DNA of 64,000 bases from an uncultured Gammaproteobacteria bacterium (GCA_964411255.1 CAYPKD010000002.1:34100-98099), one strand, 5' to 3'. Shown: positions 8,770-18,361, counted from the stretch's first letter. Numbers and translations: made by a program. The notes: generated by a model from the letters alone, not told the origin.

Positions 8770-10419
8770 ATGACCGCCTTATCCAAAATTAAAAAAATTC
8801 TAAACGCCAAGACAAGCTCAATCGTCTCTGGCGCAGCCATTATAAGTCTGGCTTCTTTAGCCAGTCGGTTTTTGGGTGTGATCAGAGATAGGGTATTGGC
8901 CAGTGAATTCGGCGCCGGCGCTGAGCTGGATATGTATTATGCTGCATTTCGAGTGCCTGATTTAATTTATAATTTGGTTATCCTTGGCGCATTGTCTGCC
9001 GGATTTATTCCTGTTTTTACATCTTTACTAAAAAAATATGATAAGGAAGGCTATAAGGAAAATAAGCAAGCCTGGGATTTGGTAAATAATGTCTTAAATA
9101 CGGTTTTAATATTTTTAACCATTGTTTGTGCCTTTTTATTTATAATTACACCATGGCTGATGAAATACATTGCTCCAGGATTTGAAGGCGAACAGCTTCG
9201 TATAACTACCAATTTAACCCGAATAATGTTTTTAAGCCCGATCTTTTTAGGTATTAGCGGAATATTTGGAGGAGTTTTGCAATCTTTTAAAAGATTTTTA
9301 ATGTTTTCATTTGCGCCGATCATGTATAATATTGGAATAATTTTTGGAGCAGTATTTTTAATTGATTATATAAATATTTATGGTTTGGCAATTGGCGTTA
9401 TTATCGGGGCGTTTTTGCATATGATGATTCAATTGCCAGTGGCTATTCGGTTAGGATTTAGATATCGTCCGGTTTTCCAGCTTTGGAATAAAGATATTAG
9501 AAAAATCGGCAGGATGATGCTGCCACGAACCATGGGATTGGCTACAATGCAATTAAATTTAATTGTGGTTACGGTATTGGGATCAAGCCTGACTGCTGGT
9601 TCAATTGCTGTATATAACTTTGCCACTAACTTGCAGAGTTTTCCTTTAGGATTGTTTGGCATCTCATTTGCCTTGGCTGCATTTCCAGCAATGTCATTGT
9701 CATTTGCTAAAAGAGATTTAACTGATTTTAAAAAGCATTTTGAAGACACTTTAAGACAAATTTTGTTTTTTATAATACCTTTTACTTTAATTTTTATTAT
9801 ACTTAGAATGCAGATTGTAAGAGTGGTTTTAGGTTCTGGCCAGTTCAGCTGGGAAGATACGATTTTAACCGCCAATACTTTGGGAATATTTTCATTAAGC
9901 TTGTTTGCTCAGTCCTTGATCCCTCTGGTTGCTAGAGCATTTTATTCAATGCAAAACACTTTAATACCATTCTTAATGAGTTTAATATCTACAATTGTAA
10001 ATATTGTTTTAAGTTTGATTTTTGTAAAGTATTGGAGCGTTTTAGGTTTAGCTGCTGCTTTTACAATTTCCAATGTTTTAAATATTGCTTTATTAATGTT
10101 TGCTTTAAGAAAGAAAGTGGGAAGACTTGAAGTGCCTAGGATTTTAAAAACATTGGGTAAAATTTCTGTTGCTGGCGTCGCAATGGCAGTTGTGATGCAG
10201 TTGGCAAAATATCCAATGGCAATGCTGGTCGATATGGAAAAGTTCTGGGGAATATTCCTACAGGGCTTGGTTGCCGGACTTTTAGGTATTGGAGTATTTA
10301 TTTTAATTGCTCATTTATTAAAAGTTGAAGAGCTGCAAAGATTGAAACAAGGATTGGCAAAGAGAATTTTTAGAAAAGCTTCTTTGGCTAAGGAACCGAT
10401 CAGGCAAGCAGGGCAGTAG
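8770..10419 (+). CDS. murJ: lipid II flippase MurJ/MviN
   Basis: Polytopic membrane protein; N-term SIVSGAAIISLASLASRFLGVIRDRVLASEFGAG and overall MviN-like pattern. Confidence 0.8.
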   Translation: MTALSKIKKILNAKTSSIVSGAAIISLASLASRFLGVIRDRVLASEFGAGAELDMYYAAFRVPDLIYNLVILGALSAGFIPVFTSLLKKYDKEGYKENKQAWDLVNNVLNTVLIFLTIVCAFLFIITPWLMKYIAPGFEGEQLRITTNLTRIMFLSPIFLGISGIFGGVLQSFKRFLMFSFAPIMYNIGIIFGAVFLIDYINIYGLAIGVIIGAFLHMMIQLPVAIRLGFRYRPVFQLWNKDIRKIGRMMLPRTMGLATMQLNLIVVTVLGSSLTAGSIAVYNFATNLQSFPLGLFGISFALAAFPAMSLSFAKRDLTDFKKHFEDTLRQILFFIIPFTLIFIILRMQIVRVVLGSGQFSWEDTILTANTLGIFSLSLFAQSLIPLVARAFYSMQNTLIPFLMSLISTIVNIVLSLIFVKYWSVLGLAAAFTISNVLNIALLMFALRKKVGRLEVPRILKTLGKISVAGVAMAVVMQLAKYPMAMLVDMEKFWGIFLQGLVAGLLGIGVFILIAHLLKVEELQRLKQGLAKRIFRKASLAKEPIRQAGQ

Positions 10420-10539
10420 ATTCATGTATCATAGATTAAAAAATCCGCATCAATATGATGCGTTTTTAGATGCTTGATTTTTTTGTAAATATATGCTACG
10501 TTGTTTTAACTTAGGAGAAAGAAAAATAAACTTAATTTT

Positions 10540-11655
10540 ATGAAAAAATCAAAACTTTTTACATCAATTATTGTTTTTTTAGGTCTTGCATTTGTTTTTA
10601 ATACGGTAAACGCAGCAGTTATTGATCATGCCAAAGGCAGGTTTTTGCTTCAAGTCGAGGACAAAGGCCAGGCATGGTATGTCAGTCAGGACAATTTGCT
10701 TAAGTATTATTTGGGCAGAGAATATGATGTGCTTAATGTTTTAAGCAAAGTAGGGCTTGGAATTTCAAATGCTAATCTGAATAAAATCCCAATTGCCCTT
10801 TTGCCAATGCCAGGACCAGATACTGACCATGATGGATTGTCTGATGACTTTGAGTGGTCTCAGGGTACAAAGTCATATGATCAGGATTCTGATGGCGACG
10901 GCTATTTAGATAAAGAAGAAATAGAACATGATTATTCTCCGCTTAATCCATTTCCAGTAAAAATATCATATAACCAGAATTTTGCCAGAAATTTGGCTGG
11001 AAAAATTTTACTTCAGGTTGAAGCCAGGGGAGAGGCCTGGTATGTCAATCCAGATAATCTGCACCGTTATTATTTAGGCCGTCCAGCTGATGCCTTTACT
11101 GTAATTAGAGAATTAGGCGTGGGAATTTCAAATAATGATTTAGCTCAAATTGCCACAGCGCCAGATTCATTGTCCCAGCCATCAGGTGGCCAGGGATTTG
11201 AATACCCGCTCCAGGATTTGCCCTGCCGGACATGCGATTTGCCATATAAAAAAGTCGGAGATCAATATGTTTTGCCAGGTGGCTGGTTGAGCAAAGCCAA
11301 GGATGATTATTTCACCTGCGCCTTAACTGAAATTTGCGATATGGCTGGCTATTGCGGAGATGCAGGCATATCAACAGTCAAGCAGATTGAAATGAACCCG
11401 GAAAAAAATAATATTATGCTGGCTATTGTGGAAATAAAATGGAATCCAAACAATACAAGCTCTCTGCTATATTTTACAGAAAATTACGGTACTACCTGGA
11501 TTAAAAAAGCAGATGCCACTCGATTTCGCATAAGTAATGATGATCCAAGTTTAGTCTTTGTTTATAATGGAGATTATAATACACTGGTTTCAGAAGAATA
11601 CGGCACGTTTTACATTAATGCTGACAGCTATTGGAATAGATTTAAAATTTGGTAA
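10540..11655 (+). CDS. secreted protein with duplicated ~55-aa module and thrombospondin-type-3-like DxDxDG calcium-binding stretch
   Basis: Signal peptide; GRFLLQVEDKGQAWYVSQDNL.. repeated as GKILLQVEARGEAWYVNPDNL..; DTDHDGLSDD...DQDSDGDGYLD. Confidence 0.6.
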   Translation: MKKSKLFTSIIVFLGLAFVFNTVNAAVIDHAKGRFLLQVEDKGQAWYVSQDNLLKYYLGREYDVLNVLSKVGLGISNANLNKIPIALLPMPGPDTDHDGLSDDFEWSQGTKSYDQDSDGDGYLDKEEIEHDYSPLNPFPVKISYNQNFARNLAGKILLQVEARGEAWYVNPDNLHRYYLGRPADAFTVIRELGVGISNNDLAQIATAPDSLSQPSGGQGFEYPLQDLPCRTCDLPYKKVGDQYVLPGGWLSKAKDDYFTCALTEICDMAGYCGDAGISTVKQIEMNPEKNNIMLAIVEIKWNPNNTSSLLYFTENYGTTWIKKADATRFRISNDDPSLVFVYNGDYNTLVSEEYGTFYINADSYWNRFKIW

Positions 11656-11678
11656 GCATAAAAAATAAGGTATTTAAA

Positions 11679-11708
11679 AAACCGCGTGAATGTCGCGCGG
11701 TTTTATTT
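11679..11708. terminator. bidirectional rho-independent terminator
   Basis: aaaaaaccgcgtgaatgtcgcgcggttttatttt: GC stem flanked by A-run and T-run between convergent genes. Confidence 0.55.
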
Positions 11709-12614
11709 TTGTTGATTTTTCCATCTCCTAAACATTAATTTAAAAAGTTTTTTATGATCATCAGTCCAGTATTGCATATCAGTGATAATTGAATTAGGTT
11801 TATGAACACAATTAATGCATGTTTTTTTCGCGTCTCGGGCATGAACGGTCATTCTTACAGAACCAATCATATGTTTAAGCAGTTTAGCCAGACGGGCCTT
11901 GTTTTCTTTCATTCTTTTTTCAACAAGATCAGCAGTAACAATATTATTTTCAGTTACATCATCTGTAACAATGGCAATAACCAGGATGCAAGTATTTGAT
12001 TCAACGGCAAGTTTGGTGAACGGAATTTGAGTCATGCCTATTAAATCACAGCCACCAGTCATACGAAGTTCAGCTTCATTATAATAATGAGGACCTTCAA
12101 TGGTTACGCAGGATTTGTCTAGGTGATATCTAAAACCTAGTTCCTCACAGGCCTCAACAAAAACATTTTGAACATATGGGCAGGAAATTTTTTCTGTCGG
12201 ACAATGGCCGACCCAGCCGTCCTGGAAAAAGGTTTTTCCAGTGCGAGGTCCTGTTTGGTCAAGAACTTTGGTGATAATTGCAAAGTCTCCAGCTTTAAAT
12301 TTTGTTGGAATATTACTAATAGCTCCGACAGCTGTGAAATTCAGAATAATATCAACTTTTTGATTCATTAAGGCGAAAATATTTGCACGTTCATTGATTT
12401 GATGCGGTGGAATAGTATGGCCAACACCGTGTCTAAGTAAAAATAAAAATTCAGGAGTTTCTTTAGATAAATCTTCATACTTCATCCAATAAAGAGGAGA
12501 AGACGGATTTCCATATGGTGTCGGAAAATTCCCGATTACTTGAACTTGTTTTGCGCCTGGAATGTCTCTTAATCCGCTGCCGCCAATGACAGCAATGTTT
12601 GGTGTGTCAGCCAT
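11703..12614 (-). CDS. mtnP: 5'-methylthioadenosine/purine nucleoside phosphorylase (MTAP family)
   Basis: IAVIGGSGL, FLLRHGVGHTIPPHQINERANI, TAVGAI, GPHYYNEAELRMTG, IGMTQIPF match MTAP; start set at ATG 12614 (RBS aaggagg); longer ORF call to 12794 runs through repeat DNA. Confidence 0.8.
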   Translation of the reverse strand: MADTPNIAVIGGSGLRDIPGAKQVQVIGNFPTPYGNPSSPLYWMKYEDLSKETPEFLFLLRHGVGHTIPPHQINERANIFALMNQKVDIILNFTAVGAISNIPTKFKAGDFAIITKVLDQTGPRTGKTFFQDGWVGHCPTEKISCPYVQNVFVEACEELGFRYHLDKSCVTIEGPHYYNEAELRMTGGCDLIGMTQIPFTKLAVESNTCILVIAIVTDDVTENNIVTADLVEKRMKENKARLAKLLKHMIGSVRMTVHARDAKKTCINCVHKPNSIITDMQYWTDDHKKLFKLMFRRWKNQQK

Positions 12615-12639
12615 GCGTACCTCCTTGTAGACCATGCTT

Positions 12640-12840
12640 GTAAAGAACAGTGTTATTTTAACGGAAATTTGGGATTTGTCAATATTTGGAAGAGGGCTTG
12701 AGAGGGCAGAAGAGGGCATAAGAAGGCAAAGAGGTATAGAGGTAGAGAAGGCAGATTTAATACAGGAGAAGCCTTCTTTACCTATTTTCCCCATAGCCTT
12801 ATCAAGCCTTCTTATGCCTCCTTATGTCTTCTTAATATTC
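12640..12840. repeat. purine-rich AAGAAGGC/AGAGGGC repeat block with 12-bp inverted arms (gcataagaaggc / gccttcttatgc)
   Basis: Related copies at 14050-14110 and 31530-31600. Confidence 0.5.
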
Positions 12841-12913
12841 AGTTATTGACATTTTGAAATGTTTGTGTTAATATTATTTATTATGCGTAATACAAACCCA
12901 AAGGAGGTGAGTG

Positions 12914-13237
12914 ATGGTTACAGTTAGGCAATTGAAAAATAAAATATTAGCAATGTCTAAAGTAGCACATCATGGAGATTTTTGTAGAATATCAGATGCG
13001 CATCGAGAATTTTGGAAAAAGCTGAATAATATCGGCGCCAGAAATATTGATGAAATGCCGCCTGAAGAGCATGATGATATTGATGCTACTGTAGAGCTGG
13101 ATGATGAAGAATATAATTCCTTAATTTCAGAATATAAGCAGATTCTATCAGCCTTCTTGAGCAAATTAGTGGATAGTAAAGATTATGAAAGAATTCGTAG
13201 AGGTGATGTAGCCGATTATAAAACTGTAGCAGAATAG
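12914..13237 (+). CDS. hypothetical protein
   Basis: RBS aaggaggtg then ATG; acidic C-terminal half. Confidence 0.45.
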   Translation: MVTVRQLKNKILAMSKVAHHGDFCRISDAHREFWKKLNNIGARNIDEMPPEEHDDIDATVELDDEEYNSLISEYKQILSAFLSKLVDSKDYERIRRGDVADYKTVAE

Positions 13238-13264
13238 GCCAAATCAGATTTGGTCTTTTTAAAC

Positions 13265-13296
13265 TAAAAAACCATCTCATTTTTTAAGATGGTTTT
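13265..13296. terminator. bidirectional terminator hairpin
   Basis: aaaaaaccatctcattttttaagatggtttt between convergent genes. Confidence 0.55.
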
Positions 13297-13306
13297 ATAT
13301 ATTGAA

Positions 13307-14050
13307 CTATTGTTTAGTTTGTTCTGAAACTTTTTTTATTCGGTTACTGTCATAATTTATAAAAAGTACTATCCAAAGTACAGAGAAGAAAGCCAGCGAC
13401 AAATCAATTATTGTATCTGTGATTATATTTGTAACAAAATGATCTGGAATTATATATCCGAGTACACCGCCAACAATTATGCCTACAATAATTGTTAAAA
13501 TTCCAAACAGCAATGCAATGCCAAAAGTTTTCCACCACCTGTTTTGAACAATTGCCTTACTTTCTTTAATTGCGCTATAACCCCAGATATTTTTTAAAAT
13601 TACAACATAGGTGATGAAAATCCAGTAGATGTAAAATATAATGCCAGGTACAAATAATAAAAGAAACAAACCGATTAGGAAAATGCCAGCCAGTATGTTT
13701 GTGCCAATAGCCTGCGGCCATTTTTTTAGAGATTGTATCATTGCCTGCTTAAAGTCAATGGTTTTATTATCAATTTTTGCTTTAATCACCAGGGTAATGG
13801 CCATGATGGCAATAATGCCGATTAAAAATTCCAGCAATTCAATAATTCTGAAGTAAATTCTAAAAGCGGTCCAAAATCCATGTGAGTCAATCAAAGATTC
13901 CATTGGTACTAATGCCAATATAATATTTAACGGCACATAGACAGCCAAACTGATTAAAAATATTAATTGCCAGTTTTTTATAAAATACTGCCAGCTGACT
14001 GACATTATTTCACCAACTGTAAATTGCCTTTTATAAATTTCATTTTTCAT
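13307..14050 (-). CDS. polytopic membrane protein, unknown function
   Basis: 6+ hydrophobic helices; start moved to ATG 14050 (MKNEIYKRQ) because upstream extension translates repeat DNA. Confidence 0.55.
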   Translation of the reverse strand: MKNEIYKRQFTVGEIMSVSWQYFIKNWQLIFLISLAVYVPLNIILALVPMESLIDSHGFWTAFRIYFRIIELLEFLIGIIAIMAITLVIKAKIDNKTIDFKQAMIQSLKKWPQAIGTNILAGIFLIGLFLLLFVPGIIFYIYWIFITYVVILKNIWGYSAIKESKAIVQNRWWKTFGIALLFGILTIIVGIIVGGVLGYIIPDHFVTNIITDTIIDLSLAFFSVLWIVLFINYDSNRIKKVSEQTKQ

Positions 14051-14144
14051 ATTTTTAGAGGGCGAAAGAGGGTGATATAAGGCGGGAGAAGAGTTAGAAG
14101 GCTTCATTTGTTAATTCCTTCTGTTACATCTTGCGCCTTATTCT

Positions 14145-14750
14145 CTATTTTAATAATAATAATCTAATAGCCATTACTTCAATCCAGATGTAATAAATAC
14201 CCAGATGCAGCCTTTGCAGCAAACCGACAAAAGGCTCAATTTCGATAATAAAAATGATAAATGCTGCCAGGCCGGTTATTTGAATGATTAGGCTGAAAAA
14301 TTTAAGTTTTTTCCAGTTCGGATCTTTTCTAATACTTATAAATGTGGCGATTGGAACAAATGTAAGTGCTGTAAATCCGATAACATTCAATATTTTATGC
14401 GTTTTACCCGTTGAATTGCTTAATTCGCACGCCTGGTCGCATGGGAAAAATCCAGAACCAATGACAGCGAACAAAGCAAATAATGATATTAATACAGGCA
14501 CAGTCCAGGCGATTTTTTTATTCTTCATTTTTTTAAAAAGTCCAATGCCAAAGAAAAAAATGAAAATTCCATAAATAATTAAACTTATGGAAATAATATT
14601 TTCAAAATCACTGCCTTGCTCGCCAAGCTCACTGATAAATTGAGAAGTATAGTTATATTCAGGAGCAGTTAAACCTAAAATTAGGATTAGGATTGTAAAA
14701 AAAATTGGCGCACAAATTCCGCAGAGTGCAAAATATTTATGCCATTTCAT
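14145..14750 (-). CDS. polytopic membrane protein (possibly DUF998-like)
   Basis: Hydrophobic helices throughout; family assignment tentative. Confidence 0.5.
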   Translation of the reverse strand: MKWHKYFALCGICAPIFFTILILILGLTAPEYNYTSQFISELGEQGSDFENIISISLIIYGIFIFFFGIGLFKKMKNKKIAWTVPVLISLFALFAVIGSGFFPCDQACELSNSTGKTHKILNVIGFTALTFVPIATFISIRKDPNWKKLKFFSLIIQITGLAAFIIFIIEIEPFVGLLQRLHLGIYYIWIEVMAIRLLLLK

Positions 14751-14753
14751 ATT

Positions 14754-15125
14754 TTATTTATATGCATAATACATCCAGGCAGAAATTCCTGCTAAAACCA
14801 ATATTATCATTGCAATGACCGTAATTATTAATATTCTCTTTTGATGAGGCAATGTTTGCTGTTTATTTTTCTTTATCAGGATTGGAATAAATATGGCAAT
14901 CCAAACTGGCAGAAAAGGAATGATTGAACGAACAGAATCCTTGGGTTCAGTTGATACACTTGGCTCGGTATTTTGTCTGATAAAAAATACAGCAGCCAAT
15001 CCACCAAATACCAATAAACCAAGGGCAATGGAAATCATTAATTGCGTTTTGCGTGATTTATCCGTTTCTTTTTCTCCCGGAGCCTTTGGCTGTTCTGGTG
15101 GAGTTGGAGGTTTGTATTGATCCAT
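14754..15125 (-). CDS. small membrane protein with Pro-rich N-terminus
   Basis: Two predicted TM helices. Confidence 0.4.
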   Translation of the reverse strand: MDQYKPPTPPEQPKAPGEKETDKSRKTQLMISIALGLLVFGGLAAVFFIRQNTEPSVSTEPKDSVRSIIPFLPVWIAIFIPILIKKNKQQTLPHQKRILIITVIAMIILVLAGISAWMYYAYK

Positions 15126-15259
15126 ATTTTTATCTTAATTATTCATAGTTTAGCATTTTTTCACATTTAAGACAAAAAAAATCATTGATATTGACATATT
15201 TTTTAATTATGCTAATTTAGTGTGATGAAACAGGTTCATGAGGCAAAAAGGAGAGAAAG

Positions 15260-15538
15260 ATGAGCACATTAAGGGATATTGCTGAAGTTGTTCAGCAGGC
15301 ACAAGTTGCCCAAATGCATAGCTCAATGATTACGCCAAAATTTGATATTAATGAAGTTAAGAAAATTATACGCAATATTATTTTGATTATTGCAAAAGAA
15401 GAGGGTCTGAATCCTGAGCAAGTAAGTGACCTTGATGATGATACAAGGCTTTCAGAAAGAGTAGAAAATGAATTTATAGGATTAAAAAGATATTTGAAAA
15501 CTACTGCGCCTGATCTTTTTACAAATATTATTACATAA
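15260..15538 (+). CDS. hypothetical small protein
   Basis: RBS aaaaggagag; followed by hairpin gaccggttaaaaatcggtc + T-run. Confidence 0.4.
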   Translation: MSTLRDIAEVVQQAQVAQMHSSMITPKFDINEVKKIIRNIILIIAKEEGLNPEQVSDLDDDTRLSERVENEFIGLKRYLKTTAPDLFTNIIT

Positions 15539-15578
15539 AAATGACCGGTTAAAAATCGGTCTTTTTTAAATTAAAAAT

Positions 15579-15598
15579 CCTCACCGAATTTGGTGAGG
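15579..15598 (-). terminator. terminator hairpin cctcaccgaatttggtgagg (copy 1)
   Basis: Identical 28-nt element at 16243-16270; T-run on minus strand after the hairpin. Confidence 0.6.
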
Positions 15599-15614
15599 AA
15601 GTTGTATTATACAA

Positions 15615-16121
15615 TCAGGATCGCAGGCAGCGGCCCCATACTCCAATACCGCCAATATCTTTGCAATACTGGATTCCGACAGTTCCATCGATATCGCATG
15701 TCATCCAGTTTTCTGGCATGCATGCGCAGCCTTCGTCGATCAATTCATTTCCATTGTTATCTTGGCCGTCACAGATCTCGCCTGGCTTGAATGGGATTTC
15801 TCCTTCACAGGTAGAGCATTGTCTGCTTCCGAAAAAGCAGTACTGATTTCCACTGTAGTAATCGCCACAGTATCTATAAGAAGCTAGCCAGGAAAAGGCG
15901 TGTTGGATTTCTTTGTTGATCTTCTTTTCAAGGCGCCATTTGATGCGCGACCATTCCTGTTCATTCAGTTTATCGTCGATTTCTTGCTGTCCTTGCATCA
16001 ATTTTTGCCGTTGTTCATCTAATTTGGCTTGTCTTGGTAGATTGACAAAAACCAAATGACAGATGGAGATGACGCTAATGGTGATTGCAAGAAGACTTAA
16101 AGTCCATGAAAGTTTCCGCAT
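15615..16121 (-). CDS. membrane-anchored Cys-rich protein with DxDxDG putative metal-binding motif
   Basis: N-term TM + coiled coil; CDGQDNNGNELIDEGC motif; paralog of 16525..17484. Confidence 0.6.
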   Translation of the reverse strand: MRKLSWTLSLLAITISVISICHLVFVNLPRQAKLDEQRQKLMQGQQEIDDKLNEQEWSRIKWRLEKKINKEIQHAFSWLASYRYCGDYYSGNQYCFFGSRQCSTCEGEIPFKPGEICDGQDNNGNELIDEGCACMPENWMTCDIDGTVGIQYCKDIGGIGVWGRCLRS

Positions 16122-16248
16122 GTTTTCCTCCTGATGTTGGAATGTTAAAAAGGTACTTTTTGTATTATTTAATTATATCATATTTATTAATTTTGTCAAG
16201 TTTTAAGTAAAATTACACAATCTATTATATTTTGAATAATTAAAAAAT

Positions 16249-16268
16249 CCTCACCGAATTTGGTGAGG
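16249..16268 (-). terminator. terminator hairpin cctcaccgaatttggtgagg (copy 2)
   Basis: Immediately after stop of 16277..16522. Confidence 0.6.
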
Positions 16269-16276
16269 AATAATTC

Positions 16277-16522
16277 TCAGTGCTGGCAATTGCATGAACC
16301 AGAACTGCATTTGCCGCTGGCCTGATTGCAATCAGAATCTGAGAGGATTCTGTGCGGCTCAGCGTTTTGGCATTTGCATTCGCCAGAGCTGCATTTACCC
16401 AGTCTGTCATTGAAATTAATCGCCGGACTGATTTTTGTATCACACTTGGAATCAGCCAGCAGGCCGAGCTTCCATTTAATGTACGTGATCAGCCTTGACC
16501 ACTTGGAGCGTCTTTGAAACAT
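16277..16522 (-). CDS. small Cys-rich protein (CSSGxCxCQ repeats), second gene of operon
   Basis: Start 2 nt after upstream stop; CSSGECKCQ ... CSSGSCNCQH. Confidence 0.45.
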   Translation of the reverse strand: MFQRRSKWSRLITYIKWKLGLLADSKCDTKISPAINFNDRLGKCSSGECKCQNAEPHRILSDSDCNQASGKCSSGSCNCQH

Positions 16523-16524
16523 GA

Positions 16525-17484
16525 TTAACCCCTCTTTTTAGGTTGTGGATTGCAGTCTTTGTCAATTACCCCGTCGCAGTCATTGTCCAGATGATCATTG
16601 CAGATTTCTTTGACAGGGTATGATGTCATTCTGCAATTGGAGAAACCAATCCCATCATCATTGCAGATAGCTTCTCCAGTGCCACAAGTCCCAGGATATC
16701 CAGTATCGCATGGAATGGAGCTTCCTGGAACACAAGCGCAGTTTTCGTCAATTATACCATTTCCATTGTCATCTATATTGTTGCACCGTTCCTCTGTATC
16801 GAATCGAGCAAAACGGTTTCTTGTACAACCAGCCTCATCAATTGCGCCGTCACAGTCATCATCCCTGTGATTATGGCAAACTTCAGGCCTTGGCATTGTC
16901 AAAACTTCGCAGGGCCCAAAGTTTGATCCATCAGACAAACAGACAGATGATCCCATAGCACATATACCTGATAAGCCAGTATTGCATTCTGTAACAGTTC
17001 CTGCTTTGCAAAGACAGCCCTCGTCAATGTTACCGTCTTGGTTATTGTCTTGGCCATCATAACAGATTTCCTCAGGCATATGCGTGCAGGCTGTGCAAAG
17101 AGAGGCAATGCATAACTGGCTGCCTTCTTTGCCGCTTGATTTTTCACTGCCACAGGCATAGCGGCCAATAGGCAGATCAAAATATTCAGCCAGCACTTGC
17201 TGGTGAAAATCAATCTGCTGTCTGGCTGCATCAACCAAAGTTTTACCAATAATGGTAAATGCTTTTTTCATTGCCTGACGTTCTTTTTCAATTCGCTCAG
17301 CTTCAGCTCTTTGACGAGCAAGCTCTTCCTGCTCTTTGAAATAGTTCATAGTGAACATAATTAGAGCAATCAGAGCGCTGACTGCCACAGAAAAAGCAAC
17401 GATTTTCAGTAGTGCAATCTTTGTTTTTCGAGGATCAGTTTTGAACCTGTTTTCATAATTAATTTCTCTTCTCATTCTGTTCAT
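16525..17484 (-). CDS. membrane-anchored Cys-rich repeat protein, four DxDxDG (MopE-like putative metal-binding) motifs
   Basis: CYDGQDNNQDGNIDEGC, CHNHRDDDCDGAIDEAGC, CNNIDDNGNGIIDENC, CNDHLDNDCDGVIDKDC. Confidence 0.65.
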   Translation of the reverse strand: MNRMRREINYENRFKTDPRKTKIALLKIVAFSVAVSALIALIMFTMNYFKEQEELARQRAEAERIEKERQAMKKAFTIIGKTLVDAARQQIDFHQQVLAEYFDLPIGRYACGSEKSSGKEGSQLCIASLCTACTHMPEEICYDGQDNNQDGNIDEGCLCKAGTVTECNTGLSGICAMGSSVCLSDGSNFGPCEVLTMPRPEVCHNHRDDDCDGAIDEAGCTRNRFARFDTEERCNNIDDNGNGIIDENCACVPGSSIPCDTGYPGTCGTGEAICNDDGIGFSNCRMTSYPVKEICNDHLDNDCDGVIDKDCNPQPKKRG

Positions 17485-17655
17485 TTTACCTTCTCCTTGG
17501 TAGGTATTGGGTTCAAAAAGGGTATATATAATTATATCAGTAAATCAAGGATTTGTCAACTTTTTTATGCAAAATAAGCTTATTTTTGCTAATTTTACAT
17601 ATAAAAAAACCCTAGGTTTGAAGAGGATTAGGAGAATATTAAATTATAATAGTTT

Positions 17656-17886
17656 TTATACTTGGTTTTCTTTGTTGCTATGCACGTTATTTTCTTCTAA
17701 CCTGCGCTTGCGCTCTTTGTTCCATTTTATTAAAAAATATATTCCTCGTAAATATAATAAGACAGATATTGCTAATATTGCCAGCATGTATGGGTTATCC
17801 CAGGATTTTTTTTGAACAAAAATATAGTAAAGAAAAAGTACTAGAAAAACATCGCCGGCAATAATATATGTTAGAAATTTTTTCAT
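17656..17886 (-). CDS. small membrane protein (weak)
   Basis: Two hydrophobic segments; no RBS evaluated. Confidence 0.3.
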   Translation of the reverse strand: MKKFLTYIIAGDVFLVLFLYYIFVQKKSWDNPYMLAILAISVLLYLRGIYFLIKWNKERKRRLEENNVHSNKENQV

Positions 17887-17907
17887 ATTGTCTGAACCGC
17901 AGATTAA

Positions 17908-18315
17908 TCAGATTTGATGATTGCGTTGATTAATTTTACTATTTATTAATCTCTTAAATTCTAAACTTTTCGCTCCAAAATTTATTAGTAATCCTACCTC
18001 TAAATTAAATGCTTCTAAATAATTTATTGCTTGAGCCAAGTGAACATCTTCCAGTTTGGTTAATGCTTTAATCTCTACTAATACGCAATCCTCTACAAAA
18101 AAGTCAACTCTCCGTCTACCAATTTGTATTCCTTTATAATGGACCTGTATTTCTTCTTCTCTTGTAAAGGCTAGATCATTATCTGTTAATTCAATAGCAA
18201 GTGCTCTTTGATAGATTACTTCCTGGAAACCGTTTCCGAGCGTGCTATGTACTTGCATTCCTGCTCCAATAATTTTTTCCGTAATATCTGAGTATTTGTA
18301 TGTTTTATTTGTCAT
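17908..18315 (-). CDS. GxxExxY protein (PD-(D/E)xK-like; rRNA-IVS-associated family)
   Basis: LGNGFQEVIYQRAL core; E..VDFFVED..VLVEIK pattern. Confidence 0.7.
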   Translation of the reverse strand: MTNKTYKYSDITEKIIGAGMQVHSTLGNGFQEVIYQRALAIELTDNDLAFTREEEIQVHYKGIQIGRRRVDFFVEDCVLVEIKALTKLEDVHLAQAINYLEAFNLEVGLLINFGAKSLEFKRLINSKINQRNHQI

Positions 18316-18361
18316 AATGTAATCTGTGAAATCATTTAATCAGCGTAATCAGCGGTTCTGA

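Noticed and set aside
12615-12794. Long N-terminal extensions in ORF calls (MTAP to 12794; 13307 gene to 14107; 34127 gene to 35050; 49116 and 19927 starts)
   Set aside because: Extensions translate repeat or promoter DNA, lack RBS, and internal ATGs with good SD sequences give proteins that match family N-termini.
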